Of a stretch of 55,656 nucleotides of DNA, positions 51,974-55,656 are shown piece by piece. The number at the start of each line of letters is the position of its first letter. The first letter of the stretch is position 1. Position numbers and translations under genes: made by a program. This DNA is from a virus (lineage: Duplodnaviria; Caudoviricetes), in the IMG/VR virus record IMGVR_UViG_3300037882_002905, positions 1-55,656 of that record, one strand, 5' to 3'. The notes under the pieces were generated by a model. It worked only from the letters and a program-made list of their open reading frames with translations. It was not told the origin of the DNA and made no database searches.

Positions 51974-53707
51974 TCAAGCAGTCTTTCGTGAAAACCCGAG
52001 ACCGGCATAGTCAAAGTCCGCCACGATATTTTCCCCAAATCCGGGAGTTCCTTTGATCACCGCTTGACGGTCGCCGCAGTGGCTCTTCAGGTGGTTGTTG
52101 AACTCGTCAAAGGCATCCACGATAAAGGCATAGTTCGGCAGCCCATTCTTCTTCTCACGCAGGCCCCTGCCGATGCGCTGACGCAGCGCAACTTCAGCTT
52201 TGCCTCCGCCAGCCAGCACGATCATGCCGATAGAGGGTACATCGACACCCACATCAAGAATGGTTGAGCCGATCAGAACATCCAGAGAGCCGTTTGCGAG
52301 CTTGGTGAGCTCGGCCTGGCGCTCCGGCTGGCTTGAGTCACCGTCAATAAACGCGCAGCGCATGCCGAAGCGGGTGAGCATCTCTTTTAAGACATGACCA
52401 TGAGCCTTGTGCTGCACGAGAACCAGTCCATTGAGCCCATACATCTTGGCCCTCAGCAGCTCGGCGCAAATCAGCTTATTCCGGTGTTCGAAGTTGACGA
52501 TTCCCAGCGTATAGGCTTTTTGCCAAGGCGTGCTGCGCGTCAATCCCTTGGGCTTTCGTGTCTCGTCGAGCTTAAGCCACTTGAAGTAGGGCTTAGCGAG
52601 AATTCCGCGCTCGATCAGAAGCTGTTCTGTTACCCTAACTGCAACTGGGCCGCACGATGCGAGCAAGCGCATGTTGGCCTCCTCGTCGTCCTTCATAAAG
52701 GGCGTCGCGGTCAGCGCAAGGCGGTAATGCGCGTTCTTTAGGTGAGCCATGACTGTGAAGAATCCGTCACCTGAGAGTTCGTGCGCCTCTTCTGCGATCA
52801 CGACCTCGAACCGCTGCAAAAACTCGATGGTGGCGGTTCGCAGCTTATTGTGCCGGGCGACCGAGACCTTAATGTTGGCAATCTCCTCCGGAGTCACGTC
52901 CAGGCGCTCTGCCTCGCGGCGAGCCAATTCATCGGTGCGCTGCCCGATCAGGTGGGGCAGCACGCCGTCCTTTTTCAACTTTAGCTTGGCCTCATCGACA
53001 ATCTTGGCCAACTGGTTTGCCCTGCGCTGACGCAGTGCGAGCAGTTCAGCCTTTTCGTCATGTTGCTCCAGACGCTGTGTGAGTGTCTGCACCATACCCA
53101 CGCAGAACTTGGTCGCGCGGCGACCCTCTGACCCATCTGCCTTGCGGTATTTGATGCCCCATTCACCATCACCCAGCACAGCAACCTCTTCGCCCATCCC
53201 AACAACGGCATCCCGCATCTGGTACATGAGAATGCCGCGGGTGGTTAGAAATAGGGTAGGGCGATTTATCCGACGGTACACCATCCGGCAGATGCGGGAC
53301 TTGCCGCCACCGGTGGCGACCTGGGCAATCATCTTGCCGTGCCGAAGCAGCGCCTCTACGGTCTCGGGTTGATAGTCGTAGCGCTCGCTGTATCCAAAGG
53401 CGTCAACTTCTGGGCGCTCTGGACCGAGAGGAGGTGGCAGGGGTTTGCTGATCAGCTGAACCTCAAGGCCAATCTTGCGCATCGCGCGGCACACGAGCGG
53501 AACGAATCCGGCAGGAAAGTGCCCGGTTCCGGCCTCCTTGCCCCACGTTAGAAAGGACGACGTTCCCGACCAGCTGCCCGACCGGCATGCCGCCATGTGC
53601 TCAGGGCCGGCCACTTGGTAGCTTAGAACTCGATTGATCTCGACCAAAGCCTGTTTTGGGGCATTGATGATGCGAGCATCTGTGGCGTTGTGAGCAATTT
53701 GGATCAT
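51974..53707 (-). CDS. Superfamily 2 helicase (UvsW/XPB-like)
   Basis: YDYQ, ATGGGKS, EEAH, LTATP, DVGVDVP, QRIGRGLR. Confidence 0.9.
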   Translation of the reverse strand: MIQIAHNATDARIINAPKQALVEINRVLSYQVAGPEHMAACRSGSWSGTSSFLTWGKEAGTGHFPAGFVPLVCRAMRKIGLEVQLISKPLPPPLGPERPEVDAFGYSERYDYQPETVEALLRHGKMIAQVATGGGKSRICRMVYRRINRPTLFLTTRGILMYQMRDAVVGMGEEVAVLGDGEWGIKYRKADGSEGRRATKFCVGMVQTLTQRLEQHDEKAELLALRQRRANQLAKIVDEAKLKLKKDGVLPHLIGQRTDELARREAERLDVTPEEIANIKVSVARHNKLRTATIEFLQRFEVVIAEEAHELSGDGFFTVMAHLKNAHYRLALTATPFMKDDEEANMRLLASCGPVAVRVTEQLLIERGILAKPYFKWLKLDETRKPKGLTRSTPWQKAYTLGIVNFEHRNKLICAELLRAKMYGLNGLVLVQHKAHGHVLKEMLTRFGMRCAFIDGDSSQPERQAELTKLANGSLDVLIGSTILDVGVDVPSIGMIVLAGGGKAEVALRQRIGRGLREKKNGLPNYAFIVDAFDEFNNHLKSHCGDRQAVIKGTPGFGENIVADFDYAGLGFSRKTA

Positions 53708-53782
53708 ATGAAGTCGTTTTTCGTCACGTCTGACGCTTATTTCGTGTTTTCGCGCTGTTTCAGGCGGTTATTTGCTAAGGCG

Positions 53783-53839
53783 TTGCCGAATTGCTTATAT
53801 GTGGCTACAATGTCAGTCATGAATGACTTACCAATTATA
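53783..53839. promoter_or_regulatory. Face-to-face promoters flanking one operator
   Basis: TTGCCG-17-TACAAT (53783-53811, +); AGTCA-tgaa-TGACT 53815-53828; TATAAT 53839-53834 (-). Confidence 0.7.
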
Positions 53840-53846
53840 GCGCGTG

Positions 53847-54515
53847 ATGAGTAATCCAAAGCTTGAAATCGTCTACCTGCCTCCCGGATCGCTGATTCCG
53901 AATCGGTGGAACTCCAACTCTGTTTCGTCAGAAATGGAGGCGCGTCTTGAGTCCTCGATTCGGGAGTTTGGCTTCATCAAGCCAATCATCACCAGGCGCC
54001 TTTTTGACGGGACGTTGCAGATTCTGGGCGGCGAGCACCGCGCGCGCAAGGCATCTGAACTCGGGATGGAAACAATTCCAGTCGTGGTTCTCGATGGCGT
54101 CGATGAAAAGCGTGCCAAGGCAATGGGCCTGGCAGACAACGGTCGATATGGCCAAGACGACGCGCTCAAGCTTGCTGCAATTCTTGGCGATATCGGCACA
54201 GACTTGATCGACGCCTTGCCTTTTGACGAATCTGATCTGGCAGGAATCTTTAGCGCCAGCTCGGTGAATCTCGACGACCTCGGCTTTGGGGAAGACCCAG
54301 ACCCAGGCGCCGGTCTCGAAGAGCTTGCAGCGGCCAGGCCATCCATTACCCATGAACTGATGCGCTTCAAGGTGCCAATCGAAGACCGGGACAACGTCCA
54401 GCAGTTCATCGACCAGATTATCAAGCGCCGTGGACTCTCTGCAGAGAAGGACTCGATGGTTGCCGCCGGCATGGCGCTGGTCGAGATCGTCAACGCCGCG
54501 AAGGAGACCCTGTGA
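53847..54515 (+). CDS. ParB/Srx N-terminal domain protein
   Basis: PNRWNSN...L..SI..FGF..PII.R....ILGGEHR..A. Confidence 0.85.
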   Translation: MSNPKLEIVYLPPGSLIPNRWNSNSVSSEMEARLESSIREFGFIKPIITRRLFDGTLQILGGEHRARKASELGMETIPVVVLDGVDEKRAKAMGLADNGRYGQDDALKLAAILGDIGTDLIDALPFDESDLAGIFSASSVNLDDLGFGEDPDPGAGLEELAAARPSITHELMRFKVPIEDRDNVQQFIDQIIKRRGLSAEKDSMVAAGMALVEIVNAAKETL

Positions 54516-54664
54516 CCTTTATTCGAATTCGCAATGACAACGGCTTCCCTGAGTGCAGCACCTGCATGCACATCGAAAGCGAAACGTGCGAGGACTGCGA
54601 GGACGCAGATGAGTACGAAGAGGGCGAGCAGCAAAAGATTCTGGAAGAGCTCTTAGCCGCATGA
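54512..54664 (+). CDS. 50-aa acidic CxxC-x7-CxxC protein (not in ORF track)
   Basis: AAGGAG RBS; GTGA overlap; CSTC..CEDC. Confidence 0.6.
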   Translation: MTFIRIRNDNGFPECSTCMHIESETCEDCEDADEYEEGEQQKILEELLAA

Positions 54665-54821
54665 AGCAAGAAAAATTCACCGTAGGCGCCCGCCTGAGTG
54701 ACGGCTCCATTGGGAAATGGCAAGTCGAGACTTCAGACCATCAATCGGCCGCAGATGAGGTTCTTTTGAGCCTTGAAATCAAACCCATCGTCATCCTCAC
54801 ATGCATCAACGGAGACAAAGC

Positions 54822-55055
54822 ATGAGTAACACCCTCGAAACCCCAGTCACTCCAGCCGACCAGGCGGAAGTCGACTACGGAAACCACCTCATTTGGCGCC
54901 TGATTGGCGCCAAGATCACGATGTTTGGCGCCAATGCCACGGGGGAGATTTTCCTTGCGGCCGAACGCGACGGCGTGGTAACCGAGGTCATTGTTGGGCT
55001 GGAAGACGGACAAATCGCCCTCTTCGAAGTTGAAAAGAAAGACGCCGCGGTATGA
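54822..55055 (+). CDS. Hypothetical protein
   Basis: GGAG RBS before ATG 54822. Confidence 0.65.
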   Translation: MSNTLETPVTPADQAEVDYGNHLIWRLIGAKITMFGANATGEIFLAAERDGVVTEVIVGLEDGQIALFEVEKKDAAV

Positions 55056-55656
55056 GCACCGGTGAAGCCAAACTGAAACTGGAAAGTTGGCCAGTTGCAA
55101 ATCTTATTCCCTACGAACTAAATGCCAAAAAGCATGAGGCTTCGCAGGTCGCCCGAATCGTCAAGGCAATTCAACAGCATGGTTGGGACGTTCCAATCGT
55201 TGTTGACCGCCACGGGGTGATCATCAAGGGCCACGGCCGGCGCCTGGCTGCCATTGAAATGGGTCTTCTGAAAGTTCCAGTGCTTGTGCGCTCGGACTTG
55301 AACCCAGAGCAGGTCCGGGCCGCTCGGCTTGCTGACAATCGCGTCGCGCTGTCGGACATCGACCCCGAGATACTGCGTCAAGAGCTTTCTACCCTTGATG
55401 CCGACCTCGACGGCATCTTTGACGCAAAGGAGCTTGAATTCATGTCTGTGGATCTGGGCTCGATGGATGAGAGTGCCTTCGTTTCTGACATGGACAAGGT
55501 TTTGAGCGACCAGCGCTCAGAAATCGACGCCGTATCTGACAAGGCAACCAGCTCGGAAGTGCGAGTCCCTCTCGCAAAAGCTTTCGGGTTCAAGGATGTC
55601 TCAGCCGCTGGGCAATTCGCAATCAGCCAACTGATGGCGAAGGCGGAAGCGGTGAC
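55052..55656 (+). CDS. Second ParB/Srx N-terminal domain protein (3' end beyond the window; not in ORF track)
   Basis: LIPYELNAKKH..QV..I...I...GWDVPIVVD..GVIIKGHGRRLAA...RLADN. Confidence 0.85.
   Translation, partial: MSTGEAKLKLESWPVANLIPYELNAKKHEASQVARIVKAIQQHGWDVPIVVDRHGVIIKGHGRRLAAIEMGLLKVPVLVRSDLNPEQVRAARLADNRVALSDIDPEILRQELSTLDADLDGIFDAKELEFMSVDLGSMDESAFVSDMDKVLSDQRSEIDAVSDKATSSEVRVPLAKAFGFKDVSAAGQFAISQLMAKAEAV

Larger units (their letters stand above)
1..55656. mobile_element. Segment of a large temperate phage / phage-plasmid (SSU5/pHCM2-like gene content)
   Basis: Dense co-directional phage-type genes (CobT/CobS, DnaE, gp32-like SSB, RecA, SbcCD, RuvC, NrdAB, ThyX, RNA ligase, ParB-N), many small hypotheticals, no host housekeeping operons, and shared regulatory motifs throughout. 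Family assignment rests on gene content only. Confidence 0.8.

Noticed and set aside
53873-54634. 253-aa minus-strand ORF
   Set aside because: Antisense shadow of the ParB-N gene.

Overview
The whole window is part of one large temperate phage or phage-plasmid genome of about 55-58% GC (by eye). Its gene set (CobT/CobS pair, DnaE, gp32-like SSB, RecA, SbcCD, RuvC, NrdAB, ParB-N proteins) resembles SSU5/pHCM2-type phage-plasmids; that assignment is from gene content only. No virion, terminase, integrase or rep gene lies inside the window. Layout: a phased 9-bp repeat array (1-123) and an HTH repressor gene; a replication, recombination and nucleotide-metabolism arm (1.2-34 kb); many small accessory genes (34-46 kb); a largely ORF-free, repeat-rich tract (46-50 kb); a leftward operon with an SF2 helicase; and two ParB-N genes. 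The most informative signals are non-coding. (1) A 14-bp palindrome AGTCA-N4-TGACT occurs about 18 times, mostly at promoters. (2) A second promoter-like motif with fixed spacing (CC-N13-SAnnnT-N5-TATCG) occurs about 14 times before accessory genes and may be read by the encoded sigma-like protein. (3) There are two structured RNA candidates, one containing an ATG-AAG-TAA-TAA minigene and one directly upstream of the RNA ligase. (4) Centromere-like 9-bp GATAY arrays occur three times, once inside cobT. (5) Several repeat families and IHF sites cluster at 46-50 kb. Protein oddities include a DnaE fused to a degenerate UDG domain and several unrelated proteins ending in (G/D/E)(S/T/A)W. All calls were made by eye with no database search.
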